Under the pieces are notes generated by a model. The model ran no database searches. It was not told the DNA's origin and was given only the letters and a program-made list of their open reading frames with translations. A DNA stretch of 64,000 nt, taken from NCBI GenBank assembly GCA_964016885.1, contig OZ024741.1, positions 331,700,001 through 331,764,000 of the forward strand. Direction: 5' to 3'. Shown here one piece after another: positions 39,968-53,327 of this stretch. Position numbers and translations under genes: made by a program. The stretch is from Eledone cirrhosa. Taxonomy: Eukaryota. The first letter of the stretch is position 1, and each line of letters opens with the position of its first letter.

Positions 39968-40071
39968 ATGTATATATATATATGTGTGTGTATATATACA
40001 AACAAAATTCTATGGATTTTTTGTGTGTTCAAAAAGATGAACTTGTTGAGGTATTTATTTATATAATGGCT

Positions 40072-40111
40072 GATTCCAATGAGTCCCTTGAGGATGAAAC
40101 AATTGTAAATT
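40072..40111 (+). ncRNA. Degenerate hammerhead motif
   Basis: GATT-CcaATGA-GTCC CTTGA GGAT-GAAA-CAATTG-TA-AATT. The core has 2 substitutions and stem III is the palindrome ACAATTGT. Confidence 0.55.
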
Positions 40112-40349
40112 AAATTATGGTATAAATAATAGTGTTTGATATCATATTTTAATATATACCATCATCATCATCATCATCATCACTATGTTACGTCCGTTCT
40201 TCCATGCTAGCATGGGTTAGACGGGTTGTCCTGTTGTGGGCAGTGTCCAGTTGGCTGATCTTGTCTTGTTCATACGATATATATATATATACGTTTTCGA
40301 AATGGAGTTGTTTGGACATTGATGATAAATAATTATGTTATTTATGTTG

Positions 40350-40432
40350 TTTAATAGATTATGAAGAAATCAGTACAGAAGAAAAATGGAATTTCTTACT
40401 GTATTGATAGAAACACTCATAAATCAATTAAA
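40350..40432 (+). ncRNA. Degenerate hammerhead motif
   Basis: TTTAATAGATT-aTGAAGA-aATCAGTACAG...CTGTATTGATa-GAAA-CACTCA-TA-AATCAATTAAA. Stems I and II are long and the core has a C3 substitution. Confidence 0.6.
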
Positions 40433-40477
40433 TATTAAATAATATAATGTAATTTAATCCTGGTTATTTTCATGCGT

Positions 40478-40513
<36 letters not shown>

Positions 40514-41689
40514 CGTGTGTATGTGTGTGTGTATATATATACACACACACAAATATATATGAAAATGTGAGAATGCCAAACTGAGCAAATAACTGTAACA
40601 ACAGTCAATCTCTATAAAGAAAATAACTAAGAAAATCGGGTTGAATGTCCCTAAAGATGGAAAAAGAAGTGGTTAGTAGTGCCTGTGGAGAACTCAGTAT
40701 CTTTCAAATACCATGCATGTTTCTTAACCGTTACACTAAGAAGTAACTGCCCATCCATTCCATCTAATTTAAGGTACTCTACTAAAAAGCTTGTGGTTAG
40801 AGCTGGAAGTAAACAAATCTTATGAATTATCAAAGTAGTGGGTGATTTTAAATCTCTGTAGATGGTACTGGAGACTTCTTTTATATTTGTCCAATTTTCT
40901 AAGCTATTATTTAAAGTGATTGACTGTTGGTACAGTTATTTTCTTTCTTTGGGATTCTTACATTATCAAATTTCAAATCACCCGACACTTCAATAATTCA
41001 TTAGAGATATATAAATATGTGTGTGTATAAATAACATCATCATCGTTTTTATGTCCATTTCTCCGCCGTTGCATGGGTTGGACGGATATACATATATTTA
41101 TTAAATACACACACAAACACACTTACACACCTACATATATATCCATATATTCATACACATACAAACTATGTTTAAATGCCCTGTCCAATGATGTATTATT
41201 ATTACTCTGTGGTATATATACACATATGACTATTTACAATAATAATAATATTGATGACCGTGAAGAAGAAGAAAAGAAAACTATTAAAACATTCAGGGGT
41301 AGACATTTCATAATTTACCTTTTTTTTTTTTTTTACACCACAGTATGGATTTAGGAACCAGCAATACAATCATCCAGCCCTCGTATGTGAGCGTGCCTAG
41401 CCTGGGTATCAAACCAAGAATATACAACCCTACTCTACTACAAACAGCCCTACAAAAAGGATGGTGCTATTTTTTATCTTTTTTTTATTATTATTATCTC
41501 CCTTTATTTTGCTCATGAGACAAAACAACATTTGGATCTGCTGTTATCCGAGCAGGATAAAGACAAAAAGACAAACATTTCCAGAGAATCCATCCTTGAA
41601 ATGTCACTGAATTGACTGAAATGTCGCCAAACTTCTAAGAATTTCAATCTCTCCTGAATTTTCAATTTTTCAGTGTTGGAAGTTTTAAA

Positions 41690-42060
41690 GTTTGAAACAA
41701 TAATGAAACTGGACTCTTGTTTGCTGGTATCTAAAGCCAGTCCATTAAAAGATAAAAACTTTAAAAAAAAATATTAAAATTAAATTGGAACTCATAGTGT
41801 GGAGGTAAATGGTGGAATATTTCACTGGAAGTTAAAATAATAATGATGGTAATAAATGAAGAAATTATAAAGAAAATGAAACAAAAGTTTTTGGCTGAAA
41901 CATTATTGAAACTGGACTTTTGTTTGCTGGTATCTAAAGCCAGTCCAATAAAAAAGAAAAATATATTAAAATAAAATAAAATTGGACATCACGGTGTGGA
42001 GGTAATGGTGGAATATTTTACTGGAAGTTAAAACAATAACAATGGTAATAAATAAGAAAT
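41690..42060. repeat. Tandem duplication of about 200 bp
   Basis: GAAACTGGACT.TTGTTTGCTGGTATCTAAAGCCAGTCCA...GTGTGGAGGTAA.TGGTGGAATATTT occurs twice. Confidence 0.85.
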
Positions 42061-42390
42061 GAAAAAAAAGAAAGAAAAGGAAACATAAGGGGGGGGGGGG
42101 GGTGACTGGATAAAGTTGAGGTGAAAAGAAAGATTTGTATGTAAATTAATGGTGTCATTTTGGTGATGTTTATGTGAAGATTTCAATCTGGACCCGTTTG
42201 AAGAAGGCATTGGTAAAATGCAGCCAAACAGACATACAATGAAAGAGTGTGTGTGCGTTTTACTGAGAGAGAGAGAGAGAGAGTGAGAGAGAGAGAGAAT
42301 GAGGAAGACTCAGAGAGAAATGAGAGAGAAAGAGGGAAAGTGATAAAGAAAAAATCAGAGGGAAATAATGAGAGAGAAAGGAAGAGAAAG

Positions 42391-42469
<79 letters not shown>

Positions 42470-42614
42470 GAGAAAGAAAGAAAGAGAATAAAAGAAATAT
42501 GACACTATAACAGTGTATCGGTGTTGTAAATTTTGTAAAATAAATCTTTTAAACAGTTTCCTGGTTTTTAATTAAATATAAATTTACTTGTGATTGAAGT
42601 TACTTTTACATCTG

Positions 42615-42662
<48 letters not shown>

Positions 42663-42738
42663 CGAAGGAAATGTGGTAAGGAACCAGGTGGACCATAACG
42701 CACTAAAGTACTCAATACTTAGGGTAGTAGAGTGGGTA

Positions 42739-42873
42739 ATAGGAACGATAGGACCCCGACGGCTGAGCTCAAGCCGTTTCGACAGCTAATTCTGGACTAA
42801 ATGAAAATTTTCATTTAGTCCAGAATTAGCCGTCGAAACGGCTTGAGCTCAGCCGTCGGGGTCCTATCGTTCC

Positions 42874-42876
<3 letters not shown>
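42739..42876. repeat. Spacerless 138-bp palindrome containing half-hammerheads
   Basis: Centred on GAAAA|TTTTC (42807/42808) with one mismatch. Each strand reads ...GTC-GAAA-CGGCTTGAGCTCAGCCG-TC. Confidence 0.85.
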
Positions 42877-42906
<30 letters not shown>

Positions 42907-43700
42907 CTCAAGGTATGATTAGTTGTGATCGGGCTCAACTTTGGAATTGATAAATCATCAGATTTGTAGATTCTCAATGTTACATTGATACTTCGTTTCT
43001 TCTTCACCTTATTTTCTTCTTCCTTTTCCTCCTCTCTCTCTATATATATTCATACATATATTGATATTTCATTTCTTCTTCTACTCCTCCTCCTACTCCC
43101 CCCTCTCACTCTATATATATATTCATTCATATATACATATAATAGAATGTGAGTTTAAAATATTGTAGCATTTAAAGCATTCAAACATTAATTGAATGAG
43201 CTCTCTGTACTGGAGAGTGTAGAAAAGTGACTGTGACTTTGAAGTTTCAGCTTGGTCACTACAACTATATGTGCATGTGTCTGTATATATATAGACACAC
43301 ACATACATTCATACATGCACACAGATATACAGATATATATGTGTGTGTATTATATATATATATATACATACCCATTTAGAATTGATTGGATACAGTCTCT
43401 CTTACAAGTATGTCATATAAAATTTTATACATCTAATATTGTATTTTGTCTGAAGAAGTCATGCTATAATTTACCATCCCTGAAATATATATAATGAAAT
43501 AAATAATGATGCTATAGTGTCATATATTCCGTTTATAACTATTATTATCATAATACTCCAGATAAATTTTATCTGTCGAGTGCTTCATATCTATTATGAA
43601 CATAACTCTGTTGATTACATATCAACAAAGTCTCTAACTCATTTGTATATATATATATATATACAAATATATATATATATACAAATATATATATATATAT

Positions 43701-43735
<35 letters not shown>

Positions 43736-43819
43736 AACAGTGAGTGTGTTCTGTTATTAATTCTGGCAATATTACACAAATATGACCCTCCCCAAGTATA
43801 ACAATATATATATATATAC

Positions 43820-43909
<90 letters not shown>

Positions 43910-43910
<1 letters not shown>

Positions 43911-44850
43911 GACAAAATCAGCAGTGGTGGAGGGTGCTCTGAAAGTACAGTAGCCAGAGTCAGAACGGGATGGAAAAAGTTCAGAGAGCTTATACCACTA
44001 TTAGCCGCTAAAGGGTTCTCTCTAAAAATGAAAGGCAGGCTGTATGATGCCTGCATATGAACAGCAATGTTACATGGCACTGAGACATGGGCATTGTGTG
44101 CAGAGGATCTGCGCAGACTGGAGAGGAATGAAGCTTGCATGCTCCGTTGGATGTGTAATAGTAATATACGTGAACAGCAAAGCATAAATGAACTAAGTGA
44201 GAAATTAGGAATAAGAGGGATCAGATGCTGTTTACTCGAGAGAAGACTACGTTGGTATGGTCACGTGATGCGCATGAAAGACGACAGCTGTATAAAAAAG
44301 TGCAGGGTGATAAAAATAGACGGTAGCCACGGAGTAGGCAGACCCAGAAAAACCTGGGACGACTTGATAAATTCCGACCTCACACACTTACACTTCTCTA
44401 AGACAATGTCACCGGACCAAGATCTTTAGCGCTATGCAGTAATACAGAAGACCCGCCTTGCCTAAGTACAAAGCGAAACCTACAGTCAGTAGGCACCTCT
44501 TAACCAAAAATACACCCCCATCCCACTACCCCCACCCCCGTCTACACCACCCCTTTCTCTGTAAAGTTATGTTGGTACCACAACATCCAGTCCTAAATAA
44601 ATGAGGTCATGTAGGTGTCACGACAAAAAAACACACAGTCCACGCTGTAATGTGGCCGTGTAGGTAACACGGTAAAAACCTCCCATTCCACACTGTAAAC
44701 GTGGTTGGGGTTAGGAAGGGCATCCAGTCGTAGAAAACCGGCCAGACAGTCCTACACGAACAAGACAACCAATCTTGCCTCAAGTGGGACAATTCCTGTC
44801 TAAACCCATGCTAGCGTGGAAGATAGACGTTAAACGATGATGATGATGAT
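43910..44850 (+). mobile_element. RTE LINE 3' fragment (same family as 14432-15926)
   Basis: [31 protein letters not shown]...LRWYGHVMR...GRPRKTW with an internal stop codon, followed by a 3' UTR and (GAT)n tail. Confidence 0.92.
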
Positions 44851-44977
44851 ATATATATATATATATATATATAAATAGCTTAGAGTTTAGACTGCTTAGA
44901 GTTTAGACTCAATGGGGTCATTTACAATCATTTCAGCTCTAGGAATCGCTTCTGAGCAGTATAAATTAATATTTATA

Positions 44978-45013
<36 letters not shown>

Positions 45014-45144
45014 GATAAATCTACCAAGAGTTTACGGTAGTGTCCAATCCGTATGAAGAACTCAATGTAATCCGGATATCATGGAAAGAAGAGATGCAAT
45101 GAAAAATCACTTTCGGTGAAAGATAAACGGAATACAGAGTCAAG

Positions 45145-45251
45145 ATAAAATATTAAAAAAATAATGAATAAAACAATGAAACAGTTCCTTATATGAACTT
45201 TTTTTGTTTAATATAAGGAACTGTTTCATTGTTTTATTCATTATTTTTTTA

Positions 45252-45260
<9 letters not shown>
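45145..45260. repeat. Hairpin with about 50-bp arms next to (TA)n
   Basis: ATAAAATATTAAAAAAATAATGAATAAAACAATGAAACAGTTCCTTATAT is matched by its reverse complement. Confidence 0.85.
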
Positions 45261-45283
<23 letters not shown>

Positions 45284-46039
45284 CTGTAAATGTGGTTGGT
45301 GTTAGGAAGGGCATCCAACTGTAGAAAACCTGCCAGACAGTCCTATGCGAGCAAGAAATCACTCTTGCCTCAAGTGGGACTACCCCCGTCCAAACCCATG
45401 CAAGCGTGGAACACGGACGTTAAACGTTGATGATGATGATGATGATGATGATATATATATACACATACATACATATATATATATGTGTGTGTGTATCGAG
45501 AGAGAGAAAGAAAGACAGGAAGAGTGGGAAGAGGAAGAGCAGGTGAAAATGATTGGATGATTTATACATATATACACATGTATATATATACTTCGTTTTG
45601 GATTTGTTTTGTAAGGTTTCTTATCTGAAAACGTGTGTTGAGACAGATATTGTTATACTGCCAATAAAAACACACACATGTTGGTTTTCACTTCAATTTA
45701 TCATAAATTCCCAGTTGATTAGTTTAATAACTAGATGGTTGTTTATTTGTTGATTGTCACACAATCTGTGACTAATTTGTTATTTTGTGTCTCTCCTTTG
45801 TTCTCTCCTACACCAGCTTGTTTTTGTGAGCTCACAAAGACAAGATGCTATAAATGCATAGATAGCCTAGAGGACTCTAATGAAGTAGTGGGTTAAGAAC
45901 TTCCACTTGTACCTTGAATTAATGAACTCCCACTTGTACCTTGAATTCCTCACTAAACTCATTTTCTACTCTCACTTTACTAATAGTTACTCTGTGCATG
46001 ACTTGCACTACTCTCATCACCAACCATTCTTCTACACCT

Positions 46040-46112
46040 AGTCATGTTACTCTGGAGTTTCGCCTGTTTATGACCCTGTGATAAACAGGTGAAACTCCAG
46101 AGTTACAAGACT
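46040..46112. repeat. Short palindrome containing half-hammerheads
   Basis: CTCTGGAGTTTCGCCTGTTTAT-loop-ATAAACAGGTGAAACTCCAGAG. Confidence 0.7.
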
Positions 46113-48550
46113 CACTTTTTAGCCTTAAAATAAATGAATATATAAATATATATATATATACATACACACACATGCATTCAAACATTTTCGAAACACACAT
46201 AATACGGCCATTGATATGACAGTAAATATAAACTTAATCTATTTATGTTGGATATCCCACCACCACCATCATTGCCACCACCACCAATACCACCACCACC
46301 ACATTAACTGGTAGGATGAGGTGAGGGGAAGAAGAAGATAGCAAAGAAAAAGAAGCACCCTCACCACTAGCCCCCACCCACCACTAATATCATTTCCCCA
46401 TCCTCCCCACCCCCAAGTACATGAAAGATTTTAATAAATAATCTTCTGATAAACTAAACCTATTTTCATTGAAATACTTTCTAAATGTCTTTTCTTTTCA
46501 TTCTACAAATATAATTTTAAGACATTGTGGTTTTGTTGTTGTTGTTGGTGGTGATGATGGAGATGTTGGTTGTGTTGTTGTTGGTGGTGGTCCTTCTCCT
46601 TCTCTTCCTCTTCCTCATTCTCCTCCTCCTCCCCACACCCCTCTCAAGAAATAACCTGTCTTATATCTGCACGTGTCCCTTTGTTCATGTTCCAATGTAA
46701 ACATGGATTTTCCATTCAGTCCAATCCTGGCTTATTATTATTATTAATATTATTATTATTATTATTATCTTCGTCATCATTATATTATTCAATAGATTCA
46801 AAGTTGATTTGATTTAACTGTCCAACTTATAGATTCTAAAAGACACTATAAATAGATTCCTCTTTTTTTAAATATGATCTGGAGTGAATAGGATTGGGTT
46901 TGTTGTCATTACACTCCTCAACATTATGTATTAAACGACAATGAGGTTTCCTAAAATTATTTAATTGAAAATCAAAATATACTGTTGAAGGCATTGAAAA
47001 AAAACAACAAAAACAAATAAAACAAAACAAAAGACCAAAACCCCAAAACCCCTCAACAAAGTTTGTTTTGATTAATACTATCTAATAATATGAATTGTTG
47101 TTAGAATGTCAGATAAAGTGCTTTGTGGTATTTATCTCGGCTCTCTTCTCCCTGAGTTCAAATCCCAACTTTGCCTTTCACCCATTCAAGGTTGATAAAA
47201 AAAAATACCAGTCAAGTACTATATCACTTTCTTACTTCCATTCTCTCTCTCACTCTCTATCCTTCTTTGGAAGGAATCTGCTGTATTCAGACCTGGAGAG
47301 GAGATGGGCTCTGCCACGCTTTAAAAATGGCCTGAAAAACGCTGTATGTCAATATGGCACCTCTACAACTCCACCAGGAGTTACACGACTAAAGAAAAAA
47401 TAACAATGTGCAATAGATATTTTAATGGATGATTTAATGGATATTTTAATGAAATGTAAAGGTCCTTTGTTGGTTTTGGTGATAAGTGTTCTAGTTGTTC
47501 AATCAATAGGGAGACTTTCTTGTGAAATTAATGCACAAGTGGCTGAGCATTCCACATATCTGTGTATTATAAAAATGTAAGTCAAGTCTTAAGGAGATTC
47601 AGCATGGCACAGTGCATGACGTGGCTGGCTATTTGATTTGAATTACAAGTACAATCCATTGAGCAGTTTCATTAATGAGTGTGCCAATTGTACAGCTTGC
47701 TTGTGAAATTAACATGCAAGTGGTTGAGCATTCCACAGATATATGTACTCTAACAAGGTAAATCTCAGGGAGGTTCAGCATGGCAGGGTGTGTAACAAGG
47801 CTGGTTAGTTGGTTTGAATTACAAGTACTATCCATCTAATAATGCTCAGGGAGATTCAGCAGGGCACAGTGTGACAAGGCTGGCCATTTGAATTACAGGT
47901 ACTGTGTTTCTGTTGGGCTTGCAAACAGTTTTTGTCTCCCATATTTCACCCACAAGTCATGAATTGACATGAAGCTATGGTAAATGACACTTACTCAAGA
48001 TAGCGTGGTGGGGGATTGAACCAGGGACCTAAAGATTGTGAAGAAAGAGAGCTTCTTAACCATATGGCCAAGCTACAACCATATCTTAATTTTTATTTTT
48101 TTTTTGAGCGTCAAGATCCCAAACCTCATTCCGTTAATGTGTGGGGTGGAACTCATCAAATCAGACCAAGGAAACAATGTTTCCATTGGTCTTTCCATTG
48201 CTAATACTATCAACCGGTCACAACTTCTGGCAGAAAGAGCAACATGAAATAAAGTGTCTTGTTCAAGAACATAAAGCATCGCCTGGTCCAGTATTTGAAC
48301 TCACAATAGAGACATTAAACATAACATGAGTATTCCAGTGTGGACTTGGAGATGAGGGTTCATATTTTTAGCTATATATTAGTGATAATGAATGGGAGAA
48401 AAAGTACTCAATACCAGAAGTAGAGTATATATTTTAGTTATAGGAATGCATTCAGCTGAAACTACTCAGTTGTCACATGTAGCAATAATCTTAATGGCTT
48501 CAGCTAACTGAATGAAATTATATGTGTCTGTATATAAACACACACATTTA

Positions 48551-48746
48551 TCTATATATTACTAAAAGTCTGTGATTGCTTGCTTGCTTGCTTGTCTGTA
48601 ATGTAATACAGCCAAAAGGGCACATAATGGGAAAATACTTTGAAAGGAAGTTGACCCTGAAATGGGAATACAAATGGATTAAAACAAGTTTTGCGTAAAT
48701 CGGATCACGGGTTCCCGAGATATGGATTTTTTCCTGGTACCTTCAT

Positions 48747-48787
<41 letters not shown>

Positions 48788-49180
48788 GAAAGAGATAGTG
48801 GTTCTGAGATAGTAGATTGAAAGAGAGACATAGAGAGAGGGAGAGGAGACAGAGAAGGAGAATGGAAGAGAACTGGTGGTGTTGTTGTATATATATGTGT
48901 GTGTGTGTATATATGTGTGTTTGTGTGTCTATGACCAGTGTATATAGATCCCAGACACCCACATATATATATATACACACACACATACATATATATATAT
49001 ATACATGCACACACATTTATATATACATACACACGTATATATATATGGGCCTTCCAGTTTCATTTCACATTATATACATGTCTGTGTATATTTTAATTAT
49101 TTAAAAATGATCTTTAAGTGAACATGATTTAAAAGAATAATTTGAAGTGAATGTGACCCAACGGGTCATGGGTGGTCTAG
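48551..49180 (+). mobile_element. Non-autonomous Helitron
   Basis: 5' end A|TCTATATATTACTAAAAG, internal (GCTT)n, and 3' hairpin TGACCC..GGGTCA followed by CTAG|T. Confidence 0.7.
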
Positions 49181-51381
49181 TATATACATAAAAATACAAT
49201 ACAAGCACACACATATATGTATACATACATACTTTATTTCATTGTAGAAATGACTTCTGCAGAACTAGAATTGTTTCATTTGTAAGAAATCATCAAGAAA
49301 GGGCTTATATATATATAAATATAATATTAATTTGATATTCTACTATAACATCATGGCTAACTAAATAGAATGACCAGTTCTATCCATTGGTGAACCACAA
49401 AACATAAATGAATATATGTAATGGGTTGTGTGTTTCATGCAAATGCATGTATAATACATACATGTAGAAATTAAAGAATGGATTTAAGTTGTTAACTTTG
49501 GTCTTTTGTCATTTTGAATATTAATGCTGTCCTCAACAACAAGAATTTTAACTTTTGAATAGACTTATTCATCTGTTTTAAACTCCTTATGAGCTGAGGA
49601 TTTTAGCTTCTCTCTCCTTACCAAAAATAATAGTGGAATACTTCACTATAATCACACACACTTATATATGTATATACATACTTACATATATATATATTAT
49701 TCTTTGGGAGGGCCATACTAATGATAAACATACATACTCGCACAAACTAGTTATCAGAGGTATTTTGTCACAATCTGTAACCTTATCAATAATGATGTCT
49801 CCATACACTTCCTCTGCACCACCATTTGTTCTATCTTTCTTGTAACTCATTGGCGAAATTTATTTCCCATGTTATTCAGTATAATAGTTGATAAATAGTT
49901 GACTAGTGCCATCAATAATGAAAGCAATAGTGTTGAATGTCTTGGATTTTGTTCAAGTCAAGAATGAGTATGTGATATTTACCAGGATTACTGAATATAT
50001 GAAAAATTATGTAAAGTGGGAAATTTGCATTTTGATACATTAATGGTTTACATAAGAGAAACCCTAGATGTTATCTTAATTACTGATTTTCATAAACAAG
50101 TATGTCCTACTGTTCAGTGGTTTAGTCCTTTTATTACTATATTTATAATGAAATACCCTGTATTTGAATTAATTAATGAAGGATTTGGAAGAATTTACTA
50201 AAATAATTACTTCATTATTAAGATGGCATTTGTTAATATAATTTAACTAAAGGTTTGTATGTCAAATTATGTATGAAATTTTAAATTTAAATATAAACCC
50301 TTTAAAATGGATGGTTCTCCTTCATAGAACCAAAGAGGGTTTTGTGCAGTTTGGTATTTTTCTACTATCTTAATTCTAAGTTTTATTTCACCAAAAGCTT
50401 CTTTAAATCTATAAGTTACTTTACCTTTGCAGGTAGCCAATGATTATCTTAATATACAGTTGACTTCTGCTTCTGTAGATTCTCTAAATGTTATTTTGCA
50501 TAGTTCTAAATCTAATTTTGTGTAGGTCTAAATCTTATTTAGTGGGAATGTGGCCTGGTGGTAAGGGTGTTGGACTTACACTCGTAATGTTGTGGGTTTG
50601 ATTCGTTGACTGAGTTGTGTATTGTGTTCTTGAGCAAAACACTTCATTTCAAATTGCTCCTGTACACTCGGCTGAAAATAAGTACCAGAAATAGCTGGGG
50701 GTTTAACCCTGCAATGGATTGGCATCCTATCCAGGAGGCATCTTCAATTCTCAGTCGTTTAATGTTAAGAAAAACCAGGATAAGCACTGGCCTGATGAGC
50801 CAGACTTTAGACTTTTAGAAATTTTATTTGGTGCAGCTCTAAATCTTATTTTTGTGCAAATACTCCATGTAGCACTTACATGGTAAATGATAGTTTAAAT
50901 ATTTAAAACACTCATAAAATGTTAAAAATAACTATTACAAATAATCGGTCAAAACCTTCAATCATGACACAACAACCATACCAGTGGTGGTGCCACAAAA
51001 ATAAAAAAAATGCACCCAGTACACTCTGTAAGGTGTTTTTTGATAAGAATGGCATCCAGCCATAGAAATATATGCCAAATAAAAGGTTGAGAGGACTCTT
51101 CAGTTGTGTCAAAGGCATAACAACCTCTCTATTGCTGGTGTCATGATAGAATGCATTCTGTTGAGTTTGGGAACATATGAAAAGGAGATTGGTCTTTGGC
51201 TTGCCTGGGAGATCTGTAGTTCTGCTTGAGTAGTGACTTGGTTTGTGATAACCCACACATACCTTGCTAGCAAGGCAAAACGAATGTTTAATGATAGTGA
51301 TGATATATGACTGGAGTTGTATATTAAATCACATATGAAATGTTCATGCAAATAAACATTTATACATATACACACACACAC

Positions 51382-51436
<55 letters not shown>

Positions 51437-51682
51437 CACATATCATCATCATCATCATCATTTAATGTCTATCTTCCACGTTAACACACACACACATATA
51501 TATATATATAGTTTATTGGTTGTAACATTTAGTTATGATTGGTTCACCAGTTTGAGCACTCAATGCCATTATGGGTCCAGTTGCTGATGTGGTATTCCAA
51601 GTTTGGTATTAACCGTAGTTGGTATCCTTAAGAACGAAGTATCAATATAGCATATATTCTCTCTCTCTCACACACACACACA

Positions 51683-51775
<93 letters not shown>

Positions 51776-52416
51776 ATATGTTATAGGTGGATTCCCTATG
51801 TATATCGGAAGGTGACCAAGTGTGCACACACACAACACTAGAACACATGTACATACATATATACATATATACATACCCGTGTATAAATAAATGTAAATCT
51901 AAACTTTAATAAAGCAAGGGCTGCGGGACTGTGTACGGTTTATTTCTTTCAATCTATTTAGTAAAATAAGTTGGATTACTTTGAATAAATAATGAATGAA
52001 TATTACATAATTTATGTGCTAAATTTCATAAACAAATAATTTCGTAAAAATAAATAATTTCAAATTGACTTCTTTTCAAAGTTGCACTTCCGGTATGTCG
52101 TCACCACCACCACTTCAACTACCATGTATATAGAAAGAGAGAGATAGAGATTATGATTTTCTACACACTGACGCGTATGAGTATGCACATACATCTATAT
52201 GTATGAGTATATAACTATAATGGCATACACACAAACTTATAAAAATACACACTCACGTACTTTCACACAAACATGCATACATTCACACATATACATTTAC
52301 ACAAACACACACATACAGTCACGATAGCGTTCGGTTTAATTGGAAATGGGAGGGTGAAACAAATATAACGTTTTATTTATTTATTAACTCTTTTTTTTAA
52401 AACTCATTTAATATAA

Positions 52417-53047
52417 CTAGCAGAAAAACCTGTGTAGTGTGTATATTGATATTATACGCAAGTATATATACATGTAGATATGATACATCAAATAAAACCG
52501 TAATTGACAATATACACAGAAATTGAATGAAGACTGTGTTACACTGTCTTCTGTAATCAGTAACGTAATTCATGATACATTAAAAAAAGACGATATTATA
52601 TATCTGCTAGCATGTATAGTGTGTATATTGATATTATACGCAAGAATATATGCATGTAGATATGATTAAATAAAATAGTAATGGACAATATACACAGAAA
52701 TTGAATGAAGACTGTTACACTGTCATATGTAATCAGTAACGTAATCCATGATACATTAAAAAAAGACGATATTATATATAAACTGCATTAAGAGAAAATT
52801 AGTGACAGAAATATATGAATATTTATTTAAACGATCGCTAACCGGAAGTGTTGACAATTGAACATTTTAAAGAAGTGAATCTTTAAATAAGTAATAACAT
52901 ATATTTAATGAACAGCCACGAAATTTAGTAGATAAATTATGTAATATTCATTCATTATTTATTCAAAGTAATCCAACTTATTTTACTAAGAGGATAAAAA
53001 ATTATTCTGGACGCAGTCACGCGCTTCTTACTTTATTATAGTTTATA
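52417..53047 (-). mobile_element. Same-family non-autonomous Helitron nested in inverted orientation, with tandemly duplicated 3' region
   Basis: 52840-53047 is the reverse complement of 51898-52095. 52433-52600 and 52613-52780 are reverse complements of about 55795-55935. It ends TTCTGCTAG|T on the minus strand. Confidence 0.7.
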
Positions 53048-53327
53048 TTGAGCACTGATGTACGCCCATTTAATTATATATATAGAAATATAATAGCATA
53101 TAAATTATGTCAGATGCAGAGACACATATATATATATATATATTTATACACATACACACACACATACATACCACACCACACACAAATCGTCTTCCGAAGT
53201 TAGTGAAGTTATTATTAATCCTCCCCGACTGAAGTAACTTGCAAATTCTTCGTAATTCATGAAATGCAATAATACATCTAACAGACACACACACAAATAT
53301 ATCTATTCATACATAGACATATAATAG

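Noticed and set aside
41510-41640. Possible downstream protocadherin exon
   Set aside because: The sequence looks unique, but there is no convincing plus-strand acceptor or recognisable tail motif.
51898-53047. Single TIR element with 200-bp inverted ends
   Set aside because: It is better explained as two Helitron 5' ends in opposite orientation, each with its own matching CTAG 3' end.
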